Below are positions 20,701-29,100 of a stretch of 64,000 nucleotides of DNA, piece by piece. Within the stretch, counting starts at the first letter, position 1; the number at the start of each line of letters is the position of its first letter. The notes beneath the pieces were generated by a model. That model worked only from the letters and a program-made list of their open reading frames with translations. It was not told where the DNA came from and did no database searches. Where the stretch lies: positions 1 to 64,000 of the forward strand of contig JAUCBJ010006781.1 in NCBI GenBank assembly GCA_032718475.1, read 5' to 3'. The translations under genes and the position numbers were made by a program. The DNA comes from Nemertoderma westbladi. Its lineage: Eukaryota; Animalia; Xenacoelomorpha.

Positions 20701-23410
20701 TTACTGACCTGGCCATACTAACGGTACCTCCGTATATCGAAGTTAAATGATCGTACGCTAGTTCGAAAGCGTCCGGTACACCGACGAAAGTCTCCGCCAA
20801 ACGTTTAGGTTCTCCTGACAACGTTTGGAGCAGGTAATTGAACTTCTCCCGTGATGTAAAGGCGCACACGGCGATCTGGGATTCGATATAGTCTACGAAG
20901 GTATGCCAGTGTTTTGAGCTACCGGAGAACTTCGGTAGTTGTTGTACCGGCAATCCTTGTCTGGCTGCGAATTTTGCTATCTCCTCAGCAACGTTCAGAG
21001 TTTCGCGTCCTTGGTTGGTAACCTGGTTGATGTTCTCCCTTCTTGGCGCTTTTCTCTGATACGATGTGGGGTTTGAAGGTACCGGTCTTTGTGGTCCCTT
21101 CGGGTGTCTATTGTGTTCGAATTCGGAATTTCTCGAACTGTCGGTTTGAACTTCCTCCAGACGCTCCTCGATCTGAGCCAACTTATTAACAACTGGTCGC
21201 AGAATGTCGGCGAACTGTTGTGTACTAATTGCGTTCGTTGGTTGTAACGCCTTCTGTGTTGGTGTATTCTGTGGAGGATTGTCTGCAAAGGAGTTGTCTG
21301 AACGCTCGCGTTTATATTCATCGGCCGCCCCTGTTCTAAATACCTCGCGTTTCGGGTAATCCGACTCGCTCGAAGTACTACTGTCACCTGGATACGGTGG
21401 TCGACGTGCTCGCGTTCGTTGCGTCGTACGAATCCTAACATTCTGTTTTGGAACATCGTCTACTGGTTTCCGTTGTTCGGTAGGCTCACAAGTCTTCCTC
21501 GAAGTCGTAGATTGCGATGTAAACTGAACCGGTCGCGTATCCACTGTTCTCCGTTGTTCGGTAGGCTCACAAGTCTTCCTCGAAGTCGTAGATTGCGATG
21601 TAAACTGAACCGGTGGTCGGACGACCGCGTTTGAATCCAAAGGCCTTGTAGGCCGAAATGTCATTGGGTATTCGTAGTGCGTAACGGGTTTAGGTGTCAA
21701 AGGTGGACTCACCTGTTTTGTCGTCAGTAGTGCAGGTCCGACTAATAAACTACTACGATCTGTAATCGGTGGGTTACTTACCTTGACTTTCGGAATAGGC
21801 GATGATGTTGCTCTTGGCGGTGTAAACTTGTCCGGAATAACAAACCTGTGTTCCGTCACACCATGGATAGGAGAGATATCGATGCTACCAGCAATCGAAA
21901 CAGGTTCTTTAGTCGTAACCGGTGCAAACATATGAGTTACCTGTGGGAATCGTTGACACACGTCTTTTACTAATTGTCGTTCCCGTCCGGGTGCTCCTAT
22001 CGAACCTTCCTTTAGTCGTTCCTGGATTTGGCGGTGCCTTACCTCTAGCTGGTCCAAGTCATGTCCGTCACGAGATCTCATCGATCGATCACGGGCTAGA
22101 AGATCCAGATTTTCCTTGGTTTCGGCTAATTCTCTCGCCCTTTTCTCAAGTTCGAAACGAAGTTTAACTTCCTTTTCTCGTTGTTCCGTTTGTTGTTGTT
22201 GCGCCTCGAACTCTGCTTGTCGTATCGCTTGTTGGGCTTTTATTTGCCGTGTCTTCATCTCGACTATGGCTTCCGAAACTAACCTTTTTCTTTCTAACTC
22301 TGCCGCTTCCGTTTGTCGCTCTAACTCGGCCGCTGCCGCTGCCGCTGCCGTTTGTCGCTCTAATTCGGCCGCTGCCGTTCGTTGCGCTAACTCGGCCGCT
22401 GCCGCTTGTTGGGCAATGCCCAACTCTAACCTTTCCATTTCGGCCGCTTCAAGTTCGGCTTGTTCCTGCAGATGAGAGATTCTCGCTACATTCGCAACAC
22501 GTATTTTCTCTTCCTCTACTGCTGTTTGTATCATTAGAAGTTGAGCTTGTTCTTCCATCTCGTGTTGCTGTCTGTAGAACTGTTGCTGTTGTCGAGCAAA
22601 TTCTGACGTGACCATACTTCCCTCGCAGATTTCGCTACGAATACTTACCAATGATTGATTCAATATTTCCGGTGCCGATTCGATTTGTGCGAATGGAGTT
22701 TCCCTCGTGTATTCCGGCACGGTTTCCAAATCTCCGACGTCCTCGCCACACATGCGTAAGTGATCTGTCAGGTGTTTCAATTGTCCATCCAGTCGGTACA
22801 GTTCCTGTTCTTCCTCGGGCTGTAATAATTCGTCTGAAACTGACTCACCTAACAACTGGTCCGCTTGTTCCTGTTGTATCTGTCTAATCGTCGATTTAAA
22901 CTGAATCAGTTTCTCTCTAGTGATCATTAGTTTCTCGAGGATTCTAAGTTGAGTATCCATGTCCTGTCTCTGTCTAGCTAGATCTTGTAGGCCAACTAGA
23001 TTATCTACGGACTTATATACTTTACTCTGTACTCTAACCTGGAGGGTGTAGAACTCGAATCGAGACATCGGAGCGGTCAACCCGTCTAATATGCGTTGGC
23101 CTTCTCCAATGCTCCTGGTTATATGCGCCATGTATCCACCGACGCTTCTAACCACACTTTCTGTGCTTCCTGCTGAACTTACCATTTCCGTTTCCCTATA
23201 TCTAGGTTGCGGAACAGTTAGAAAGTCCTCGGTCCTGCCGTCGCCTCGTACTACGGCATCCGGTACTCCCGTTGGATGTACTGGTGACGCACACGGTGTA
23301 GGTTCGGTAGGCTCGCGAGTCCTCCCCTTGTTGTTCTTCCGCTGCTGACTTATCTCCGTCACACGAGTCATAGTCGGTTTGTGTATTCTTCGTATAGTCT
23401 TGTTTGTCAC
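14720..23410 (-). CDS. BEL/Pao gag-pol polyprotein (2896 aa open frame)
   Basis: Coiled-coil N-terminus; gag core (LPKFSG..W..F, EKFNYL); three Cys/His knuckles; protease ILDSAS; RT (YYLPHH, KVRVVND, DVEAMFHQV, FGARDSP, FYVND); RNase H LHCFSDAS; integrase HHCC plus GIDCFGP / YSDQGTNF / WERLIR. First in-frame ATG at 23371. Confidence 0.95.
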   Translation of the reverse strand: MTNKTIRRIHKPTMTRVTEISQQRKNNKGRTREPTEPTPCASPVHPTGVPDAVVRGDGRTEDFLTVPQPRYRETEMVSSAGSTESVVRSVGGYMAHITRSIGEGQRILDGLTAPMSRFEFYTLQVRVQSKVYKSVDNLVGLQDLARQRQDMDTQLRILEKLMITREKLIQFKSTIRQIQQEQADQLLGESVSDELLQPEEEQELYRLDGQLKHLTDHLRMCGEDVGDLETVPEYTRETPFAQIESAPEILNQSLVSIRSEICEGSMVTSEFARQQQQFYRQQHEMEEQAQLLMIQTAVEEEKIRVANVARISHLQEQAELEAAEMERLELGIAQQAAAAELAQRTAAAELERQTAAAAAAAELERQTEAAELERKRLVSEAIVEMKTRQIKAQQAIRQAEFEAQQQQTEQREKEVKLRFELEKRARELAETKENLDLLARDRSMRSRDGHDLDQLEVRHRQIQERLKEGSIGAPGRERQLVKDVCQRFPQVTHMFAPVTTKEPVSIAGSIDISPIHGVTEHRFVIPDKFTPPRATSSPIPKVKVSNPPITDRSSLLVGPALLTTKQVSPPLTPKPVTHYEYPMTFRPTRPLDSNAVVRPPVQFTSQSTTSRKTCEPTEQRRTVDTRPVQFTSQSTTSRKTCEPTEQRKPVDDVPKQNVRIRTTQRTRARRPPYPGDSSTSSESDYPKREVFRTGAADEYKRERSDNSFADNPPQNTPTQKALQPTNAISTQQFADILRPVVNKLAQIEERLEEVQTDSSRNSEFEHNRHPKGPQRPVPSNPTSYQRKAPRRENINQVTNQGRETLNVAEEIAKFAARQGLPVQQLPKFSGSSKHWHTFVDYIESQIAVCAFTSREKFNYLLQTLSGEPKRLAETFVGVPDAFELAYDHLTSIYGGTVSMARSVIEELCKGGAITKPVDLLKLADEIKNAITTLRSIGQLDYGNTPTVLLKIIGRLHHRLRREWRKVEYQREERGGFLKLEDVYLLISREAVVETRSNYTDQHIVAEGITLPSSNRQKPQTTSTKTATYATPTESRQFSDSNRVSAPIGTKQTRQQLSTDFNGCQYCEHLGKRYIGHKLRGCRQFRELNSEERRLQIRPLDSCWRCTRHGHVRKDCPNTDTCPSCGRNHDGLLHTDSHTPTKRFAREHPEAAARCDAAYRKRESKTTPTFVTHIEDCFSEQSGSSDEESEDDDEYSNGDEQPSIALLTTDQLKGFCVIPIKVTGTKGSKRIYAILDSASSHSYVDKKIADVVTDLKQGKHVSYTVSSMHGQRAIPVTRVKLDLDSLLPKSQHSERERSLLPFRDLTFAATKDFSNLLGPVPEQSLEDRKYFRHLGVPECPVNYRSVAMLIGTDQFNLHQVWETRPSAVVAGNAYACRTPIGWYTRAPVRTLDVSDEEDDVQSTCSLLTTNSIHSFSPDVNHTTLQSTKHDRRVTSMISHKEQLTHKVSLELGGKTSQLEIPSTTDDRLASLPTPITSTVPVDIDDDALRNHQLEQAALDKELTEKTIRWLEQDTAEPGSYEPCMSEQEKQSLKIMEDTIRQTEDGHYEVGMLWRSQSPKLINNYPLALRRLHSIRQRLLKDEKAHLQYNTQMETYLTKGYAIRMTNPERVTDQTYYLPHHYVRHPDKPDKVRVVNDCAALFEGMSLNSELMDGPNMNNYLMGVIMRFRQRQVAFTCDVEAMFHQVKALERDRDSLRFLWYPEGDLSLPPATYQMQVRVFGARDSPNCTMYALKQAARDQKHLYDPEIIRIVERDFYVNDGLQSCDTVERATTVAHQLRDCLAGGGFNLTKFASNSAELVDSFGTTERGGGDIDLEFEPLPTTKVLGLFWDPNTDNFCVKVRLDSQGNTLTKRSCLSKLSRLFDPLGFISPVILQARIYMRSIWKDGLTWDEPISSDQVDLWKTWEAELSSLEDYFIPRVYFPLQSTFPDNLELHCFSDASDNGFGVAAYLRRQVESDEFDVSLITSKAKTMPTKYMTTPRAELQASTLSTTIVNLIQTELQSSLQIFYWTDATLVLFYINNDTLEFKTFVANRRAEILDRSIKGDWRHCPGPQNPADIASRGMMPEEFCKPENKEFWQHGPQFLQKSTQDWPPLYDNKSNTIPKDAEIKKPKKGKTKKRTTAAKLKKKPKAKWKDITSKVKRGRLASLSTPDISPDGQPDTLPDGQPDMLLDSQPDILPDISQNVPPDASNTLTNSKAAVSLLERPSIDKLPDTLPDVSPDTLLDSRLDILSETSQNVLPDISNVSTNSKAAVSLLERPCIDKLPILTHLSNHKHGETSCITDVGSTYANVNTGVTLRSRDIPNLQPIVRPGINVGRKISLPKPADPIEFKPPLTIDLQSTDNQGKRTKEDKLLVDPDGSTVNKGILTGGPVGPSSNSKPSKISIDLPDDVTNTYVDRIVNLTDSWSNACRKLAWIVRFVQYVKGKRDFTRRLTLAEIDRCEIQLIRHYQLRYFAREFTSIHQGQPIKSSPILSWSPIIYNGLLCHKSRLQNIDFNTNFRYPIIIPQHHELQRAMILDAHLHLKHAGRHHCLSYLRTRFVLIRPSKALSSVTRTCIICKKVHSRIGTQEMSELPQARLQAFKPPFTETGIDCFGPIHTKRGRILVKRWGLIFTCMSSRAVHIERVMDLSTNAFILALRRFIARRGLVKCLYSDQGTNFVGARNEIARAFKKLDHDQISNELQPHKIVWKFNPPDSPWRGGVWERLIRSIKTAMAKVIPVNHILTDDQLTTLFVEIEAILNTRPIVLVPDDKQSQFALTPAHLLMQAPTTLTPISIPIESDSYGRKAWKITQLLANKFWEIWQNHYLPSISARTTWYNNTRALKPGDHVLLAEVNLKRRFWITGVILATHPSMDGVTRTVTVRTIDGRTVDRPTQRLVLLEETRNESGDYKSPPNTSK
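21470..21613. repeat. 81-bp in-frame tandem duplication in gag
   Basis: PVQFTSQSTTSRKTCEPTEQR encoded twice; each copy carries the dispersed 17-nt motif. Confidence 0.9.
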
Positions 23411-23496
23411 TCATTTCGGTAGTTGTTAGTCAAGTAAAGTGAGTGTCAAAGTATCGAGTTTACCGTATTTATCTAAACGGTACTAATTACAGTCTT

Positions 23497-23620
23497 ATAA
23501 AATTAGCCTACCGGCCGATTTTATAGCAGATGGATAAAATTAGCCTAAACGGCCAATTTTACAGCAAATAAATGTCACGGAATAAGTATATAATAAAATT
23601 AGCCTAGCGGCCAATTTTAT
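23497..23620 (-). promoter_or_regulatory. Three leader stem-loops (candidate packaging signal)
   Basis: AUAAAAUUGGCC-loop-GGCUAAUUUUAU type hairpins at 23497-23524, 23534-23562 and 23593-23620. G-U pairs form only on the sense strand. Confidence 0.6.
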
Positions 23621-24221
23621 AACAAATAAATCGGATAACGATATGCGTTATCAAAAGGTAAATTAAATACAATAATACGGACTAATTCAGCAATGAACAA
23701 AGAAATCATACGGAATGCATAAATACTTGAGACAGTGGAACCCACAATAATTTTAACTAATACGGTAATGCCTAACTTATTTATGCAACTTTTCGAACTC
23801 ACCCACTCCAATAATTCTCCAGAAAAACAGATTCCCAGATACAAACCGAACGTGAACCTTTCCATTTTTAATGTTGCGGACGAAACGCGATTTTCCCAAC
23901 CAAAGTTGTTGAGTTATCTATCTCCCAAACTTGCTAAACACGGTCTTGCTCCCGTTACAGTCTAGAAATGAGTTCTGAATCCTGAAAAAACAAAAGAGTT
24001 AGGTTTTACTTTACGAAAATTTTGTACCGGTACAATATGGTATTTAAACCCTTTTAAACACCGGTATTCAATTCCAAAAATATTACACGCGGTTCAAATC
24101 AAATTTTATTTCAAAATATTAGCACTTAGCTAATCAAATACAAATTTTACCTCAAAATACAAATTTTTCAAAAAACTTTAGTCCTACCGAACCGTAGTTC
24201 AGTAAAACATATTCCTACTAT

Positions 24222-24437
24222 TGGAAGAGATACGCCTATTCCTACTATTGGAAGAGACGGTAACAATACCTGCAATATCCTACTGTAAAGTTTGTAAATC
24301 AAATCATAAATCCGACCTTCTCACCAAAACAGTAAACTCTAAGTAAGCGAATATAATGCAGTATCGATCTCTTATAACCGGTGAGGCAGAAAACAGTCTA
24401 CGAGCAGACAAACTTCGATAAAACAAATCCCGCACAG
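24222..24437 (-). repeat. Remnant of 5' LTR (R/U5 end)
   Basis: ~97% identical to 7413-7628. Identity stops abruptly at the LINE junction. Confidence 0.85.
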
Positions 24438-25060
24438 TTAAGTAGACGCTATCCCAATCTGCATCACTCAACAGATGCCTGAATATTGAAAAATCCGCCT
24501 CCTTGTACATCCAAATGCGCCTGGTGTACGATGGGATGTTTCGAATGGGAAATTTATATGAGAAAGAAATAACACAATGACCACTTGTGCCGTAAGGGCT
24601 AGATACAACTATATTGGAAATTGAATCGGGAAGATTTGAAATAACAGATGACGGCGAAGTGCTGGTCAATTGTGTTATACGTGTTGGCTCCCCAATATGT
24701 TGGACTAAACATTAGCGTGAAATAAAGGAAGTTATTTCACGACATTTTGATCGATCTAAAAGGTCTTGGTTGAAGTCGCCAAAAATAAGTATTTCATTGA
24801 AACCTAAACTCTTATTTCTGAAACCATCGAATTTGCCACTTCCCAAAACGAACTAGAAGTGGTGTTGGGACGATAGAATAGACCTATGGCGAGTTTTCCA
24901 GAACTCAGGGTACAGGAGCACCACAACGATTCGAATCTATACCCTCTATGTTAGAGAGTCTCTTAACAGTAAACATATTGGAAATGTATAAAGCTATGCC
25001 ACCACCGTGCGAAGGGCGGTCACGGCGCTGCGGTTCGTGAAACTTTGAAATAAGGAATTT
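24438..25060 (-). mobile_element. CR1/L2-like LINE fragment (AP endonuclease region)
   Basis: RRDRPSHGGGIALYI, GLFYRP, IFGDFN, GHCVISF..RRIWMYKEADF..DWD, with stops and frameshifts. Confidence 0.8.
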
Positions 25061-25730
25061 CTAGGAATTTATAAGGAATAACAAATAGGATAGGCGAGGG
25101 TGCAAAGTTATTATTTATTTACCTTATTTATTTACCTTATTTATTTATTTACATACTTATTTATAAAATCCAAATCATGCGAAATTTAAGGATAGGGTTT
25201 TATGTATGATATAAATTTATGAGAAAATTTGGAAAATAACATCTGTTCAAAAAAAATAAGCCTCGTGCTGCGCGAAGGTGCCATGAACGTGTACAGTTCA
25301 CAGTTTCCATAGCTGACGTTAGTTTAGACAAGGAACTTATCAATAGTAATCTAGGTTGTAAACATAATATTCGTAGGTATACAATAACTTATTCTGATGA
25401 TCTGTCAGTTATTAGTTTTTAATAATTATATAATATAGCTGTTATAATATAGCTTTAATATAGCTGTTAAATAACAATTGAATTTTAGGAAAATTCACGA
25501 AATATCTGTTCTCCAAACAATACAATATAAAGTAATATAAATAAATAACATATAGTATTACAACAAAAATTAGACACTAAATATTGAATTTTCCAAATTT
25601 TTAAACATTTAAATTAGAATTGGCAATTGCAAATTGGAATCGATATTATGAATTACAATAAATCCACATATTTAACATTGATACAATATATATTAATTTA
25701 AAGATATTTGGGGTTCTGGGTCTCCGAACA

Positions 25731-26005
25731 GCCCCCCCCCCCCCCCCCCCCCTTCCACATACACACCTGCTTGTCTCAACTTCGAACACATAGTTATAAA
25801 AGTTGCAGTGTTGTTAAGCGTTGTTCTGCACTATTAATAGCAAAATAAAATAAAATAAGTGTAGCCCCCCCCCCCCCCCCCCCTTCCACATACACACCTG
25901 CTTGTCTCAACTTCGAACACATAGTTATAAAAGTTGCAGTATTGTTAAGCGTTGTTCTGCACTATTAATAGCAAAATAAAATAAAATAAGTGTAGCCCCC
26001 CCCCC
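25731..26005. repeat. ~133-bp tandem duplication bounded by poly-C tracts
   Basis: TTCCACATACACACCTGCTTGTCTC...AATAAGTGTAGCCCC repeated twice. Confidence 0.85.
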
Positions 26006-26151
26006 CTCTAACATAATACATAATGTATAGGTCTACTGTAGACTTCAACTCCAAGTGACACAAAAACAGATTGCAAGTTTGATCCCGCGTTTTTGTTCTA
26101 GAATTGGCACAAACGCGAAGAGGGCACAAAACAAACAGTCCAGAGTGGCAG

Positions 26152-29100
26152 TTATAGCTCATCTTTGTAAGCGCGAAGCTGTGAGCCTGAAGTGAATACA
26201 ACGGAAAACCAATAGAAGCAGTTTGCTGAAATAAACCAAACTGGTATCATCCACCGACCAATCCAATCCACTTTTTCGTTCCCATGGAAACCTTCACCAC
26301 GTGGCCATCGCAGCTTCTCGGCAAACCATTCCCTGAACCTCATCGTTTTAGGATTCCTCTGAAATAATATATCGAATTAGAATTTGTTTGAATAACAATT
26401 TATTTATATATAATATATTAATGTTGAAAGTTACTTTGTAGGTTGTGGCTAAGTATATCTATTATAAACCATGGTTTACAGTAATCCAACTGATAATCTA
26501 TCACACAACACACCATCACAATCAGCTCTAGACTAGAGTTCCAGTGATGTTGCGGCGTGTTTGTTCCAAAGATAAGGATTATTATTTAAAATTGGAAGAA
26601 TACACTAGATATTTGGTGGACTGTGGACAAAAGAAAAGCTTGTTACGCTTGTACGCAAGATATTTCTGGAAATATAAGAAATATTCGAGCATCTAGAAGG
26701 ACTGATGGGAACAGTCGTTCTGTAGATCTGTCGCTCTGTCGTGTCCAATTTTGAGCGTTAATAGCTCGGCTAATTCTTAATGAAATATAACCAAACTTAG
26801 TACACATGTTGTTTGGCATAATCCAAGTTTAATTTATTGCGTGTGGTCGAATTTTCAATCTAATGGGATGTTTTTCAGAAAATTTTGAATTTTATTTTTC
26901 TTAAAAATTATAACAAAACTGCCTCTCTAGAGGTAGGAAGTTATTGTATGAAAGAGGTACCCTAAAAAAAAAGTAGTTCTTGTTCTTCTTGTGGTGATTT
27001 ATCTCTCGATAAGCTAAAGCTACTAGCACTATCAATGGATGGTTTAAAGGTCAAACAATCTCTTCCATTTAATAGCAAGCAGCGTCACATACCTCTTACA
27101 AGTAGGCCCTATAGATGGTCAAAAAAACACCAGCTTGCGCACATGAAAAATTGATAGATATGGCCTAATAATGCTATTCAATAGAAGAAGGGCCAACTAA
27201 CATTTCATTTTTCATTTCATTTGTTTTAATCAATTGAATTGATGGAGTAAAATTGCACAAATATAAGGGGTAAGTAAGCAGTAAGGGCAAGAAAGTACAT
27301 TCTATGCCAAGTTTCATCACTCAATCTTACAACCCAGACAGTAAGTAAACATTAACTTGTTTAGCTGGCTATTGCAGCCTCAGCTGAAAGCCCTTCCCAA
27401 TGCATCCCCCAAGTTATACAAGGTTACTCTCTCTGCTATCTTGGTTGGCATGATAGCTGAATGACTGTTACACAGTATGCTGAGTACTATTGCACTGTAC
27501 TCCCATCTAATAATAATTTAGAAATCTTTGGGCCAACATTAATACTGTGGAGACTGTATGTTTATAAAGCTGTATGTTTAATCAGCCATATATGATTCTC
27601 CAATGGCTAACATTATTGTTTGAAATGTAAAAATCAATGCTTATTATCTGTGGATTGCAAATTGTTTTATAGGTGAATGACATTTAGTGGCTAAGATTAC
27701 TCTCTGTCAGACTTCCTTTCAGAGCATAGGCAAACATTGTTGAGGGAATTCACTTTAGTTTACTCTACTGTGCTATTCATGTGAATGGATTTGAGGTTAC
27801 AGGGTGGGATCTCTCTCTGACCCTAGCTAAATAACACTTCCCTTCAGACCATAGGCAAACATTGTTGAGGGAATTTACATTTGATTGATGACTTCCGGCT
27901 TAACTGCGTCTTTACGCCATCTCTAGTTAGGAACCCGGAGGTTCATTACTGTAAGATAATCGAGATAGTCGAGTTGATGCGAATCTATTATTATAAAAGT
28001 TCAGAAATTGGAAGTTAGTAAATTTTGCACTCGGGATAGTTAGCGCTTATTCTATGTTTGTCCTAAAAGGCAGTTTCGTTTAAAGCCATCTTGATGGCTT
28101 TCTAGTATTATAAGGTATATACAGATACACTTAAACAGTTAATTACCCACCACAAGCTGATGTTACCATAGCAACAGACATAATCAAAATAAATGAACAC
28201 ATAAAAAAAACGAATTTACTTAGTAGGCCTAGCAGTAAGCAACTACATAAACCACGTATTGATGTTGTATATTTATGGGGGGTTGCCTGGCATTCCTGTA
28301 CTGTCTTCCAACCCGAGTCCTTCTCCACTTTGTCCTCGATCCCCTGAGATGGTGGGAAGCCCATCACGACCCTATATGGCTGCGCCCACCTCTGGTGAAG
28401 TTTTAAGGCAAACTTCCCGAGGAGTTTGTTTGCATGGAGGGCCAAGACCCCCATCACATGACACAACAAATGGCAAGAAGTCGCCATGCCGAGCCCAGAC
28501 TGCATCCAGAGCCACTTCTTTTTGTCTTCGGCCGACTCGAGGACGAAGCTTGCGAGGCGACTCACATACAGCGACAAGGTTAACCAACCTGATGTTGATC
28601 AACACTTGGGTCTGTGGATTGAAAGCCCCCCGAATGCCCACGTCTCAACAAAGACCTGAAGCTCCATGACAGTGTGAGCTTAACCAAAGCCTGGTTAGTG
28701 ATATATACTGGAATTACTGGTGTAATTCCATTACCAGTGTTCCGCTTGGGTTATAAATTTCACAGGGATGAGTTAATGTTGGATTTATAACCGTAGCATA
28801 AAATACTCGCTTCGTAGTGGTTGCATTGTGCACAACTGATTGTAAATCAGTGTTGTCTTTCTTTATGGATAGTGTACTCAACTTCGCTAATTGTTTACCC
28901 ATCGAGATTTTGCCTTGATAGCAAGATCAATGGGAAATTTTATTGGTGAGTTCTCAAAACCACCCCACTTGCGCACTTTGGTCAAAAAGACAATTTGTCT
29001 ATTTGTATCAACGTTTTAGCACTCATAATTCCCGCTTCAATTAGTGCTAACTTGGTGGTTGAGCGTACACCCAACATGTGTTTCAGCGTAGCCATATAAG

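Larger units (their letters stand above)
7413..24437 (-). mobile_element. BEL/Pao LTR retrotransposon with an additional exonuclease/zinc-knuckle ORF; 5' LTR truncated
   Basis: gag-pol with PR-RT-RH-IN order and BEL-type motifs. 216-bp direct repeat 7413-7628 = 24222-24437 (about 6 differences). Confidence 0.92.

Noticed and set aside
25553-25580. Possible missing half of the FReD signal peptide (CLIFVVIL) with TSD-like AGTAT
   Set aside because: No ATG, not adjacent to LTR sequence, and a 5-mer match is expected by chance in AT-rich DNA.
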